Shown here in pieces: positions 29,301 to 38,224 of a DNA stretch of 64,000 nt; the stretch's first letter is position 1, and the number at the start of each line of letters is the position of its first letter. The stretch is taken from assembly GCA_019057815.1 (NCBI GenBank), contig JAHLWR010000006.1, forward strand, positions 1-64,000, given 5' to 3'. The notes under the pieces were generated by a model that made no database searches, was not told the DNA's origin, and saw only the letters and a list, made by a program, of their open reading frames with translations. The stretch is from Candidatus Heimdallarchaeota archaeon. GTDB lineage: Archaea; Asgardarchaeota; Heimdallarchaeia; Heimdallarchaeales; Heimdallarchaeaceae. The position numbers were made by a program, and so were the translations under genes.

Positions 29301-30795
29301 TTATCCATTGCATGATGGTCGTCAAGGTCGTGAAGGAGATATTGTAAAACAATTATCAATTCTAGAACCAGATGGTTATTATATCAATAGAATGACTAAA
29401 ATGGTTATAAACAAAGACATTAATCCAATTGATATTATTGGTTCACCGAGTGACTACAGATATTTTTTAGCTGCTACAATAGATTATCAACATATAAAAA
29501 CAAGGTCAAACTCTTCTTTCTCTGCTGAATATATTGACAAAAAAATTGGTGTTGATGCCAATCACTTTTATAAATTAATAACTTCAGAAGACTCTATTCA
29601 AATAAATAGAGCAAAATTCTGTTTAGCTTCCCAGAACATGTTACATGGTGGAATAGTAGCAGGTTTGGATTCTAAAGGTTATTATTTCAATTACTTACTA
29701 AAACAACAATTGAATGAGGTATATAGTAAATTTACATCTAACATAAAATTTTCATCAAGAAGTACAAAAAATAAAGCTATGGATGAGTTTGAAACTAGAC
29801 TTGAAGATTGTTTATTTACCGGACCTTTTAAGGATTTAAAGAAAAAAAATATGATAAACGTATATCGACATAAAGATATTGGTATAATCATCTGGTGGAT
29901 AACTACGCAAACTCTTAAAGATCATCATGTGTGGACTTCTTTACCCATATTTAATTCGAAAGCGGATTTCAATGCCCCAAAAGTCAACATTGCTTTATTA
30001 GGATATTTCAAATATGCATTAAAAAATAGAAAAACTATTCTGTATAAAGTAATTCTAAAAAGATTGGGAGTCGATGTTATTGATGAGATATTAGACTGTA
30101 TTACTAATATAGAAAACTATGTAGAACCATATACCACAAATCCTTTAGAGAAGGATGATGCAATTGATTCAGAAGAAATACGTTCTTACTTTACAATTAA
30201 AGCACATATGCCTAATAAAGAATTCAAAAACGTTGTAAAGATTCTCTCATTAATAGATTATATATTTAAAGGTGAATTAACACTTCCTGAAATAATATCT
30301 GTTGCTTATACTTTTGGTAAAAGACATGATGCAAGAACAGATGGCGCTACTCCATCTTGGATAAAAGGAACTTCACAAAAAACATTCTTAAATTTCACAG
30401 ATTATGTTGCATTTAAGATTCAAAAAACTGATGATACAAGAAAGATTTGGTCAATTGAAAAAATTACTACTAAACCCCTCAAAAAACTATATTTTAGTTT
30501 TCTAAGAAATTCCGACGGTTCTTTTAAAAAATTATCAACCAACCAGAAAATCTTGTTGAATTCTCATGTTTTGCTACCTGGTTTGGTTTTAAAAAAACAC
30601 AAAGATGAAAAATTATCTTCGACTTATCAGCTATTACTAGAAGCGATTATTGACAAAAAATATCGCGATGACAAACAATTATGGAAAAGGAAGAATGAGG
30701 AATTATTTGGTATTAGTCGGACATCTATAATAGACGATGATACATTCTTTAAAAGGTTATATCGATATTGGATTACTGCGTTTTCTGGAGGTTGA
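23305..30795 (+). CDS. Giant 2496-aa membrane protein: ectodomain, multiple TMs, winged-helix-like segment, large C-terminal region
   Basis: Uninterrupted ORF with an N-terminal signal/anchor and hydrophobic clusters at about aa 600-800 and 1020-1070. Confidence 0.85.
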   Translation: MIERLRGGLRKKSEVFSFFISILRKNILQKEAKKRKTSFQIKIFILLILVSIIFQRVNAEEHSNSYLENSAITLLPQDIVFEYNSTFSNQSFTVELSHIELDVFNCFNLFFKQEGDKTDGSLKVVFLFDGAGIEFIISRLYQDQQEHNLTQAFVYPVKFNGTMNLTITCEGQTSYFHSGSLQIFCTTAIKAVEIPFLSDTTITLPTLPNSFSFRGSVASPVSRCVMTAFYNMEKLDKLNVSLSFTSISFTAFSQYVEVELNNQVIVTEEFDDGITTTLVFILPIDTGLNFLSFYFVVSKSVDIFHFTDIQIDGFIFSFEDSLPENILSYNHWEGDEIDHTFDISVLKPIANNSHQQILYINLNYGCLGSIISPAYYELYSGTEIYSGELTESEQRQSQTIKINTFTTTYDVPLLFRIHGSVEGEGIFFILNTSTIEIKHVLEFTDEATEQFESVFTKEEIILSSISETVTRTYFDVFSTSSYSTRCNISLSLTLFTETYFPVEKIDINLRVGNQEYFFGSIKDRIEINVVKELAILRGYHEVELTLVIYMSGTTITLQNVRYTLIPSTIVELPTYNNPVNDETSEPKKVINPSKPLFMGIEYGIDGLMIVIFIWHFFSKKKGKKEDLVEGGEIVELQMEGYNLHRGHYSKFRRSVKSWRLEKKVSILKTILLPISIFYLTGKIIILNFLTDQMNIIATNGIFELKSPSLSWGYLSFAVCVYLSTLELFCIFVLVTRSTFYEDYFGAIKLLGRILIFPFIISWILLFLYISRNTHSFSTWNTGLLFLCFLIMHLFSKRLGKAIIKKHEFVFYNFKKTGRMKVKLIKNEPYLPSLNPSNPLGNSSISSGKWSEKELEKYKMLLFTTIVYKIRPNVPVSPHRLADLADIPIELIEKLLLELCNNNPALGKYYHTEQVFIRHLDSNKKVLDLRNTSQRQNDENNENNYPTSKHEIIPSSNNSFRDLNTEARNETNKVNSPMKLEEQSSLSNSKLLVFYSKIKYQFKSYFTKDVLEHVKIYGTLPFVTQIVLSLFLFLPIFFLSCKIFFYNPWINIIFTIIGVFLLIELINITLRHIVRYDKKGYSIHQTTNNVEASENLERKNMLFKCESENDLIEERRGDIVINDAFEGETVIKEMEDNNQLEITKLPYFSCDGQARIFDSVGISTKMINRYKFDNSRIRYSDHFIRNLSSVDFTLNFKNFSNSANKPSMIPDELLVKLFEAKFISSTEICTFLKIFQLDTSRGFNSLELLAEYPEFTAELEAIANRIINDGWRNLAFLQIACIYSKFIKNEGISEIRNLQTFRGELPYFNVLYLFYRLAFYANRYIKYKISSLQSFDEKKLKAISIWENTIIPKLRFELGNLIVFGLGKKNQETKQISGFNRMVTTQNGIYSFNIDKLDNDWGPISIIKSELSYTHTSYTVSIKNIYDLRKFYRLRNGVDLLTWNALIEFKDYDVKSKESTLRKGFSPTYNLAEKLELGAIPSFFVDKKGTIIDLTKFNATEVYKLLKLRMLSEGYWQFFDQVSINNFRFTPQGKQVPPELMYRLATMIDILCASSGCLRIKKVFFNVDENNIDKITKVRQFSLGTPFANTVLKEIDIPAGFYISVNISILKECINEIDSNILENKTIEFAFTTRVRLQSNIYNVQPIIIYGLKDRNGKIDIVFSDYWEIAIINRDLNKNTAQGSKRYNNSLSLEEWYMYGTDEAIGKDIWISKTTDYQQQIKQLEFVDPTKPNEGIIKKAFISMLSFYERQKYSKKIRFSNNDTKTKNIPYLTLLNTDGAPIFSKFKIDMSRGLMACFDPKRYNISNIAPIILHNAREFLQRFIRTRKVPIVLSYYDEVSEIWETTIDWKHINDAINCLEDLKNLFAVEYNNIGKIDSMLSTQKESRYLYYSIFKYLRDIQLSIPLKTKWALDNDKDYGLKILYAKILDTIDYYQDLSKTPYLKIYSQTKRIDSDISTAINIIPDPMEYVHHWTTEVSNKENSVKNTEMSEFIERIYGAFYPLHDGRQGREGDIVKQLSILEPDGYYINRMTKMVINKDINPIDIIGSPSDYRYFLAATIDYQHIKTRSNSSFSAEYIDKKIGVDANHFYKLITSEDSIQINRAKFCLASQNMLHGGIVAGLDSKGYYFNYLLKQQLNEVYSKFTSNIKFSSRSTKNKAMDEFETRLEDCLFTGPFKDLKKKNMINVYRHKDIGIIIWWITTQTLKDHHVWTSLPIFNSKADFNAPKVNIALLGYFKYALKNRKTILYKVILKRLGVDVIDEILDCITNIENYVEPYTTNPLEKDDAIDSEEIRSYFTIKAHMPNKEFKNVVKILSLIDYIFKGELTLPEIISVAYTFGKRHDARTDGATPSWIKGTSQKTFLNFTDYVAFKIQKTDDTRKIWSIEKITTKPLKKLYFSFLRNSDGSFKKLSTNQKILLNSHVLLPGLVLKKHKDEKLSSTYQLLLEAIIDKKYRDDKQLWKRKNEELFGISRTSIIDDDTFFKRLYRYWITAFSGG

Positions 30796-30869
30796 CCATG
30801 TTTTGAATATAAGCTGTGAAAATATTTATGGTAAAACTAATTATATGTTTTATTCTTTATTTCTTAATA

Positions 30870-32456
30870 ATGTTAAAAATGAATCTTTTGGAAACTCAAA
30901 TCATAAATCAAGCTCTGATAGCTGTAGCTATTGAAACTGGAATTGTACTTCAACGTTCAGCTTTTTCTCTAAACATTAGAGATAGATTGGATTTCTCAAG
31001 TGCAATACTTGATTCTAAATGTAGATTAATTGCGCAAGCAGAACATATACCAGTACATTTAGGGGCAATGCCAGAGTCAGCAAAAGGTATTGTTTCATAC
31101 ATTGGTTTTGATAACATGCTTAAAGGGGACATTTATATTGCAAATAATCCTTATCTTGGGGGAAGTCATTTACCCGACATCACAGTTGTAAAACCAATCT
31201 TTTACCAGCAACAATTAGTAGGTTACATTGCTAATCGTTGCCATCACGCTGATGTTGGTCCCATTCACGGTGTCCCTGGGTCTATGCCGGGTGGTAAATA
31301 TCAATTACATGATGAGGGTTATATCATCAATCCAACTGTCCTTGAAAGAGAAGGGAAGTTAAATCAAGAGTGGTTTGAAAACTTTTTGAGTAATGTTAGA
31401 GTACCAAGAGAAAGAAAAGGAGATATTCAAGCTCAACTGGCATCAACAAAAGTTGGAGAAAAAAAATATCATAGTATTCTCTGTAAATACTCCTTAAAAC
31501 GCGTTCAAAAGATAATTGATTTCTTAAATGTAAGATCAAAACGTGCAGCTGTTGAACTTATAACCAAAATTCCTGAAGGTTGTACTGTAAAATATACAGA
31601 TTATATGGACGATGATGGTGTTACGGATAAACCAATTGCAATAACAGCAGAAGTAACGCGGAAAGGAGAAGAGCTTATTGTAGATTACTCAAAGACCGAT
31701 CCTCAAGTTGAAGGAAATATCAACGCCCCGCGCGCTGTAACTCTCTCTGCAACTTATTATATTCTTAGATGTTTGGTTTCGAGGGAGTATACAACAAATT
31801 ATGGATTATATGAACCACTAAAAATATTAACTAAGAAAGGAACTCTAGTTGATCCAATAGCTCCTGCAGGAGTTGCAGCAGGGAATGTTGAGACAAGTCA
31901 AAGGATAACTGATGTTATGTTAGGGGTGTTTTCACAACTATTTCCAGATGATGTACCAGCAGGAAGTAGTGGTACTATGAACAATATAATAATTGGTGGT
32001 TTAAGTCCCACCGGTGATGAATTCACATATTATGAAACTATTGCTGGTGGAATAGGTGCGGGGAAGAATTACCATCCTCCAAATGCAACACATAGCCACA
32101 TGACAAATACGCGAAACACATCAATAGAGGTACTGGAACGATATTACCCATTACGTGTGTTAGAATACTCTATTTTGCCTGATTCGGGCGGTTCTGGGAA
32201 ATGGTCAGGCAGTAATGGAATACGTAGATCAATTCAATTGTTGACAGAAGAAAGTATCCTCTCTATTCAAAGTGAAAGAAGAAAATATCCCCCATTTGGC
32301 TTATTTGGAGGGAGTCCTGGAACGAAAGGGAAAAACACCCTTAAAACAGCTAATAGACAAGACATACTCCCTTCCAAAGTTACAAGAAAAATAAAGAAAG
32401 GTGATATTGTCATTATCGAAACACCAGGTGGTGGAGGATATGGTGTTAAAAGTTGA
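30870..32456 (+). CDS. hyuB: Hydantoinase B / 5-oxoprolinase subunit (probably chimeric)
   Basis: HIPVHLG, HHADVG, GNVETSQR, YETIAGG and TPGGGGYG motifs. The start MLKMNLLETQ aligns with MTKFSLIEVQ of the fragment. Confidence 0.93.
   Translation: MLKMNLLETQIINQALIAVAIETGIVLQRSAFSLNIRDRLDFSSAILDSKCRLIAQAEHIPVHLGAMPESAKGIVSYIGFDNMLKGDIYIANNPYLGGSHLPDITVVKPIFYQQQLVGYIANRCHHADVGPIHGVPGSMPGGKYQLHDEGYIINPTVLEREGKLNQEWFENFLSNVRVPRERKGDIQAQLASTKVGEKKYHSILCKYSLKRVQKIIDFLNVRSKRAAVELITKIPEGCTVKYTDYMDDDGVTDKPIAITAEVTRKGEELIVDYSKTDPQVEGNINAPRAVTLSATYYILRCLVSREYTTNYGLYEPLKILTKKGTLVDPIAPAGVAAGNVETSQRITDVMLGVFSQLFPDDVPAGSSGTMNNIIIGGLSPTGDEFTYYETIAGGIGAGKNYHPPNATHSHMTNTRNTSIEVLERYYPLRVLEYSILPDSGGSGKWSGSNGIRRSIQLLTEESILSIQSERRKYPPFGLFGGSPGTKGKNTLKTANRQDILPSKVTRKIKKGDIVIIETPGGGGYGVKS
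31185..31246 (+). repeat. 62-bp perfect direct repeat, right copy (attR-like)
   Basis: Identical to 18229..18290. Confidence 0.95.
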
Positions 32457-32464
32457 AACATGTC

Positions 32465-33244
32465 TTAGTATTTTGAAGTTTTGTTAAATTCAATATCAAT
32501 TATTCTCAGTTTAGCATAACTAATGTTCTTGTCAGGCAAATTCCATTCTACTTCACCTTCAGTTGGAATTCTTACGTTGTTTATTTTCTTGTATTTTCTG
32601 CAATAACAAGACCATTTTTCTTTTTTTAATTCACCTTTTTCTTCCATGAATCTGTCTTCAGTTGTTAGTTTTGTTATTTGCCCTTCTGCATTGAAATAGA
32701 AAAGGAATGATAAATTACTACCTCTATAATTGACAATAGCTCGTGCTGTTTCACTATCAATTGGTTCCCAATTCAAGAATTCGTTTGGCAATAAAGCTGT
32801 TGGAAACCACACAGATTCTGCAATATATCTAATAAATTCCGATTGATCGCATTCTTCTCCTTTCAAATTGACCACTGTAATGATAGACAATAATTTGATA
32901 ATTAAATTTCCTTTATTTTGAAAATAACTATCTTTTCCTGTTATCCAGAAAAAAGGCAAAGGCTTTATTTTACAATACCAGAGAAAAGCAGGATTTTGAG
33001 TGGTGAAGTACTGCTCTGCTATAATAGGTATCCATTTCGAGTTCTCATTCATTTTAAATAAGCCGTCTTGTTTTAACCTAACATAACTAATATATTCTTG
33101 TCCCTCCTTTAATGCATACTTAAAGTACCTTTGAACAGGATCTGGAAGACTCTTTATCTGATCATAAGTAAATACTTTGTCTGAAATATTTCCGGAGTTT
33201 GCAAATAGGCTTTCAATTTCTTTGCTTTTATTGTTCCTTAACAT
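32465..33244 (-). CDS. Conserved hypothetical protein (DUF6544-like)
   Basis: LPDPVQRYF, AEQYF and RYIAESVWFPTALLP motifs. Confidence 0.75.
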   Translation of the reverse strand: MLRNNKSKEIESLFANSGNISDKVFTYDQIKSLPDPVQRYFKYALKEGQEYISYVRLKQDGLFKMNENSKWIPIIAEQYFTTQNPAFLWYCKIKPLPFFWITGKDSYFQNKGNLIIKLLSIITVVNLKGEECDQSEFIRYIAESVWFPTALLPNEFLNWEPIDSETARAIVNYRGSNLSFLFYFNAEGQITKLTTEDRFMEEKGELKKEKWSCYCRKYKKINNVRIPTEGEVEWNLPDKNISYAKLRIIDIEFNKTSKY

Positions 33245-33383
33245 ACTACCATCTACACAGTTATACTACTGAAATATGAAAAACAAATAGTAACTTTACT
33301 TACTTTAAGTTTTTTAAATACACTTTCCTTCAATCTAGAAATGTAAAAAAAAAGAAAATGTTTGTAAAGTGAATCAATGCAGT

Positions 33384-33656
33384 TTACTTTCCTTTCCACA
33401 TTTCAACTACTTTTTCCGCTTCAATAACGGGATCAATTCTACATTTGACTTCAGGCGCATAGTGAAGTACATACTTCAATAGTTCATCTGGATTATCTGC
33501 TTCAAAGATTTGAAAGCCAGAGAACTCTCCACCAATCGCATAATTGGGTGAGATAGATTCCAAATTTTCAACTTCGACATCTTTAATCTTTTCCCATTTT
33601 TTAATGACGGCATCCATATCAGCGGGATCAAATTCCCAGAATAGCACATATTTCAT
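33384..33656 (-). CDS. Small DUF3303-like ferredoxin-fold protein
   Basis: KYVLFW..SGFQIFEADNPDEL..IDPVIE pattern. Confidence 0.65.
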   Translation of the reverse strand: MKYVLFWEFDPADMDAVIKKWEKIKDVEVENLESISPNYAIGGEFSGFQIFEADNPDELLKYVLHYAPEVKCRIDPVIEAEKVVEMWKGK

Positions 33657-33733
33657 ATCTTTATAACTCCTCCATCATTGAATAATTATCACTCTTCAAA
33701 ATTTCATTTAAACTTTTTGTATTCTAGACCTAG

Positions 33734-33755
33734 TGTATCATTCCAAAATGATACA
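33734..33755. promoter_or_regulatory. Perfect inverted repeat TGTATCATT-N4-AATGATACA, candidate operator
   Basis: Lies in the divergent intergenic region, about 80 nt upstream of the 33656 start. Confidence 0.45.
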
Positions 33756-34049
33756 TATCTTCTTCTTCATAATCTTTTGATTAAAAAAGGCAGACAAATT
33801 TCAAATTAGTATTGTTTTCATAATTGCCTTTTTGTGTTTTTTTGAACATAAATTTGTTAGCATCTGAAAGTTTTTAATAAACTAAACGTATTTTTATCGT
33901 ATTATTTATGTAATGTACTCGTTCTTAATTCCCTAATTACACTATGTTCTTACATCACAGATTGCAATTGTTGTTAACACAGGAAAAAGGGATTTTACAA
34001 GTGATTATTATTCCCAAAAATTTAGATAAGTGTAATCAACTGTTATTGT

Positions 34050-34844
34050 ATGTCTGAAAATGAGAAGTTAATAATGGTAAAGAAGGTAGGTGTACATAAT
34101 AATATTGCACTCATTATACTCAATCGCCAAAAAGCTCTCAACTCTTTTAATAATTCTATGTTGAAAGAACTAGAACAAGTTTTTCACTCAATGAAAGAAG
34201 ATCCGGAATTGCGTGCAGTTATAATAACCGCTGAAGGTAAATCTTGGTGTGGTGGTGCTGATCTAAAGTGGATGTCAACATTAGATGATAATAGTTATGA
34301 ACAGCTTATCAAGTGCGGTCAAGATGTTTTTGAAATTATAGAAACGTTTCCTTGTCCTACAATTGCTGCGATAAATGGTTTCACATTAGGTGGTGGTATG
34401 GAATTAGCTCTTTGCTGTGATATCCGTATCGCTTCAGAAAATGCTGTGCTAGGACAACCTGAAGTCACTCTTGGGCTTTCTCCTGGTTGGGGAGGTACAT
34501 ACCGCTTGCAAAAAATAGCTGGCGTGGGAGTAGCTAAGGATCTTATTCTTACTGGGCGGAAAGTTTCTGCTAAAGAGGCTTTGCGTATGAATATACTAAG
34601 TGAAATATGCCCTCCAGAAAAGCTGAAAGAAAAAGCAATAGAATGGGCTGAAATAATTGCTAGAAACGCTCCATTAGCTATTACTGAAGCTAAGAAAGCA
34701 ATTAATGATTCAAGAGATGGAACCATTAAAGAAGGTTATATGAATGAGGTTCAAGGAGCAAGAAAATGCTTTGCCAGCCAAGACTTAAAAGAAGGCATCG
34801 CTGCTATATTTGAGAAGAGGAACCCAACGTTCAAAGGAAAATAA
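34050..34844 (+). CDS. Enoyl-CoA hydratase/crotonase
   Basis: GADL, AINGFTLGGGMELALCCDIR and GQPEV..PGWGGT motifs. Confidence 0.95.
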   Translation: MSENEKLIMVKKVGVHNNIALIILNRQKALNSFNNSMLKELEQVFHSMKEDPELRAVIITAEGKSWCGGADLKWMSTLDDNSYEQLIKCGQDVFEIIETFPCPTIAAINGFTLGGGMELALCCDIRIASENAVLGQPEVTLGLSPGWGGTYRLQKIAGVGVAKDLILTGRKVSAKEALRMNILSEICPPEKLKEKAIEWAEIIARNAPLAITEAKKAINDSRDGTIKEGYMNEVQGARKCFASQDLKEGIAAIFEKRNPTFKGK

Positions 34845-34874
34845 CCCTCCTCTTTACAAAGAAGGTGTAGAAAT

Positions 34875-35624
34875 TTGGCATCTGATGATATCTCTCACAC
34901 AGAGGAAGAATATTTGGAGGTCTTTTTTTGGTTTTTAGAGTATGGTAGTAGTCACGTTAAGACAAATCAAATTGCTGAGATGATGAATGTCCACCCAGGT
35001 ACTGTAACATCGATGCTACGAAAGTTATCTAAGAAGAAGCTGATAAAATATACACCCTACTATGGAGCTGAGCTTACTTCTAAGGGGAAAAAAATTGCAC
35101 TCAAAGTTGTAAGAAACCACAGGCTTGCTGAAAGTTTTCTTTACTGGTTAGGTTTACCATGGTCAAGAATACATGAAGAGGCTTGTAAATGGGAGCATGT
35201 ATTAACAGATGAAATTGCGGCAATGATTGAACAAAAAATCAAATTACCAGAAAGAGGTCCTTCTGGAGCATTCACACCTAAACATGATGGAACTGTAGAA
35301 ACTATTCCTACCAAACAACCTCTTGCTCTTTTTGAAGAGGGAAATAAAGTGGAAATCGTAGAAATTCTGGAAAGAGTGATAGTAAGACACATGCCTAAAA
35401 CTCTTGATTTGCAGGATATATTTGAGGAGTTAGAAGAAAAAAACCTTCTACCAGGGCAAAAATTGACAATCATATCAGTAAAGACTAGAACGGATGTGAA
35501 TATCGAAATGTGGTCACATCTCTATGCTACAGATATGGTTTTAGAAGGCAAAAGTACAAAAAAGATTAATGTGCCTTATTACCTTGTAAATATGATATTG
35601 GCAAGAAAGGTGAACTGTGATTAG
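34875..35624 (+). CDS. DtxR/MntR metal-dependent regulator
   Basis: EEYL, VTSML, RNHRLAE and HEEACKWEH motifs; FeoA-like C-terminus. Confidence 0.92.
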   Translation: MASDDISHTEEEYLEVFFWFLEYGSSHVKTNQIAEMMNVHPGTVTSMLRKLSKKKLIKYTPYYGAELTSKGKKIALKVVRNHRLAESFLYWLGLPWSRIHEEACKWEHVLTDEIAAMIEQKIKLPERGPSGAFTPKHDGTVETIPTKQPLALFEEGNKVEIVEILERVIVRHMPKTLDLQDIFEELEEKNLLPGQKLTIISVKTRTDVNIEMWSHLYATDMVLEGKSTKKINVPYYLVNMILARKVNCD

Positions 35625-35632
35625 AAGATTCA

Positions 35633-37072
35633 TTATTTGTTTTGTTCTGTTAATTTCCACAGTACTCTCTTAGGTGTATCCTCTAAAGTAATATCAGCTT
35701 CTTTCAGAACATCCCTAATTTTATCACTCATTACCCAATTTTTATCTTTTCGAAATTCTTGACGGATGTCAATTAATAAATTGACAAGTTTTTCAACAGT
35801 TTCAATAGAGTGATATTGATTAATATCTTCAAATAGTCCTAGAACGGACATGAATTCATCAAAAAGCTTTTCAGATTCTCTCATTAGGGCACCATTTATC
35901 TCTTCAGTATTCCTGATGTAATCGTTAACGTCTCTAGAATAATTAAATACAACAGCAAGACCATTGGGAGTATTAAAATCTTCATTCATGGCTGTAATAA
36001 AATCATGTCTAGCTTTTTCAATTTTGGTAAACAGATTAGCATCAGTGTCATTCAAAACATCCTTGATTAATTCATTTGAACCATCTGCGAAATTCTTTGT
36101 TAGTAGAACAACATCAAACAATCTGTTAGAAGTAGTTTGAGCTTGTTTAATGGCGTCTTCATTGAAGCTAATGGGACTGCGATAATGGGTCTGAAGGATA
36201 AATAAGCGAACAGCATCGGAAGAATAATGTTTTAGTAGATCGAAGATGTTAACGAAATTACCAAGGGACTTACTCATTTTCTCTTGGTCAATATTGATGT
36301 AACCATTATGGAGCCAATATCGAGCAAAAGGTTTACCAAACAAAGATTCAGATTGAGCGATTTCGTTTTCGTGATGAGGGAAGATAAGATCTTGGCCACC
36401 GCTGTGAATATCGATAGATTCACCTAAATAGGTCATTGACATAACAGAGCATTCAAGGTGCCAACCAGGTCTTCCGTCTCCCCATGGTGATGGCCAGCTT
36501 GGTTCCCCTAGTTTTTTTGCTTTCCATAGGGCAAAATCTGCTGGATGGTGTTTATTGGGATTTTCAGCATCTTCAGTGTCTAGTAAAATATTAGCTAATT
36601 TTTGATTAGAGAGTTTACCGTAGTTATCAAATTTCTGGATGTCGAAATAAACATCACCATGACTCTCATAAGCGAAACCCTTCTCAATAAGTTTGATAAC
36701 AAAATCTATCATAGGATTGATATGGAGCATAGCACGGGGGCTGATTGTAGCTGGTTTAATGTTCAAACTTCGCATATCTCTGCGGAAATAGCGCAAATAC
36801 TCCTCAACTAATTCCAAAACTCCACGCTTTTCCTGTTTAGAAACTTCAATAACCCTATCTTCAATATCAGTGAAATTCATAATATACTTAACAGTGTAAC
36901 CTCTGTATTCTAAGTAACGACGAATAGCATCAAAAGCAACAGCAGAGCGAGCATGACCGAGGTGCATAAGCCCATTGACAGTCGGTCCACAATTATAAAA
37001 GCGGACAACATTGGGTTCAAGAGTAGTAAACTCTTCAAGTTGCCGTGTAAGAGTATTGTAAATCTTAATCAT
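35633..37072 (-). CDS. cysS: Cysteinyl-tRNA synthetase
   Basis: CGPTV, HLGH, GRPGWHLECS, FPHHENE and KMSKS motifs. Confidence 0.97.
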   Translation of the reverse strand: MIKIYNTLTRQLEEFTTLEPNVVRFYNCGPTVNGLMHLGHARSAVAFDAIRRYLEYRGYTVKYIMNFTDIEDRVIEVSKQEKRGVLELVEEYLRYFRRDMRSLNIKPATISPRAMLHINPMIDFVIKLIEKGFAYESHGDVYFDIQKFDNYGKLSNQKLANILLDTEDAENPNKHHPADFALWKAKKLGEPSWPSPWGDGRPGWHLECSVMSMTYLGESIDIHSGGQDLIFPHHENEIAQSESLFGKPFARYWLHNGYINIDQEKMSKSLGNFVNIFDLLKHYSSDAVRLFILQTHYRSPISFNEDAIKQAQTTSNRLFDVVLLTKNFADGSNELIKDVLNDTDANLFTKIEKARHDFITAMNEDFNTPNGLAVVFNYSRDVNDYIRNTEEINGALMRESEKLFDEFMSVLGLFEDINQYHSIETVEKLVNLLIDIRQEFRKDKNWVMSDKIRDVLKEADITLEDTPKRVLWKLTEQNK

Positions 37073-37204
37073 AAGTGAACAACAAAAAGGGCTTAAAAAA
37101 GCGTTTCGTTAGGTCAGAAGTTAAAATTTGTTGTCTTCTACCAATAATTCTTTGTTTTACTGATGTAAGTGAGAACTTTTTAAATAACTAGAATTAAAAA
37201 ATAA

Positions 37205-38224
37205 TTGAAAGTTATGACTATTTTAATTACTGGAGCAACAGGACTTGTAGGTTTTCATATTGCTAAATTAATACGAACTCAAAAACCAGATATTTCAATT
37301 AAATGTCTTATTCGCTCTAATAAAGTACACAAGGATTTGTTAGGATTAGATATTGAAACTATAAGGGGTGATTTGTTAAATAAGGAATCTTTGAAATGCG
37401 CTTTATCAGGAGTGGAAACTGTGTATCATGCAGCTGCTGAAGTTAGGGAAAATGCGTCATCTGATGCTTATTACAGGACAAATGTAATTGGCACTCAGAA
37501 TTTAGTTGAATCATTTGTTGAAAATGATGGTAAGAAATTTCTGAATGTTAGTACTGCTGGTGTATATGGTTATCGTCTTCCAAATCTGCCGGTTAAAGAA
37601 GACTATTCAATAGAAATTAAACATCCCTACCATATAAGTAAATTAAAAGCTGAAAATGAGGTCTTCAAGAGTGCGAAGGAGTATGGTTTTTTTACAAGTG
37701 TTATCCGCCCTCCAATGATTGTGGGACCTGGAGACAGGCATGTTGCTCCAGCATTTTTTAAAATGGTAATAAGTCAAAAAACAATCCCCTTAATTAGTGG
37801 TGGTACAAAGTCTGTAATGTCTTTTGCTCACGTAGAAGATGTAGTACAGGCTTTAGTAGCTTGTGGAGAAACAAACAATGCTAGTGGCGAAGCATTTAAT
37901 GTATGTAGTTTCGCCGCAGCTCCAAAAGAGATTTTTGATACAGTTGGTAATGTCTGTGGTGTGATGCCAAAATATCTTAAAATAGGTTACTCAACAGCTT
38001 ATGCTCTTGGTATCCTTAGTGAGTTTTTAAGTAAAATTTCTGGAAAAAAGAATCCTAAGATAACTCGTAGAAGAGTTAAGCAATTAGGAAGCACTAGAAT
38101 GTATGATACTACTAAGATTGAAAAAGTTGTCAAATTCAAACCCAAATTTAACATGAAAAAAAGTCTTGAACATGCCTATCAATGGATGAAAGAGGAACAC
38201 TTAATTGAACAATGGAAGCAATAA
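37205..38224 (+). CDS. NAD-dependent epimerase/dehydratase (extended SDR)
   Basis: TGATGLVG, HAAA, YHISK and RPPMIVGPGD motifs. Confidence 0.9.
   Translation: MKVMTILITGATGLVGFHIAKLIRTQKPDISIKCLIRSNKVHKDLLGLDIETIRGDLLNKESLKCALSGVETVYHAAAEVRENASSDAYYRTNVIGTQNLVESFVENDGKKFLNVSTAGVYGYRLPNLPVKEDYSIEIKHPYHISKLKAENEVFKSAKEYGFFTSVIRPPMIVGPGDRHVAPAFFKMVISQKTIPLISGGTKSVMSFAHVEDVVQALVACGETNNASGEAFNVCSFAAAPKEIFDTVGNVCGVMPKYLKIGYSTAYALGILSEFLSKISGKKNPKITRRRVKQLGSTRMYDTTKIEKVVKFKPKFNMKKSLEHAYQWMKEEHLIEQWKQ

Larger units (their letters stand above)
18229..31246. mobile_element. ~13-kb genomic island inserted in hyuB, no recombinase visible
   Basis: Flanking 62-bp direct repeats, a duplicated diverged hyuB 5' end, and accessory cargo. 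Confidence 0.7.

Noticed and set aside
30816-30869. Hydrophobic N-terminal extension on HyuB
   Set aside because: Alignment with the 17914 copy places the start at 30870.
18229-31246. Provirus or known giant-gene transposon
   Set aside because: No capsid, terminase, integrase, transposase or ParA is recognisable, and the insertion is not at a tRNA.
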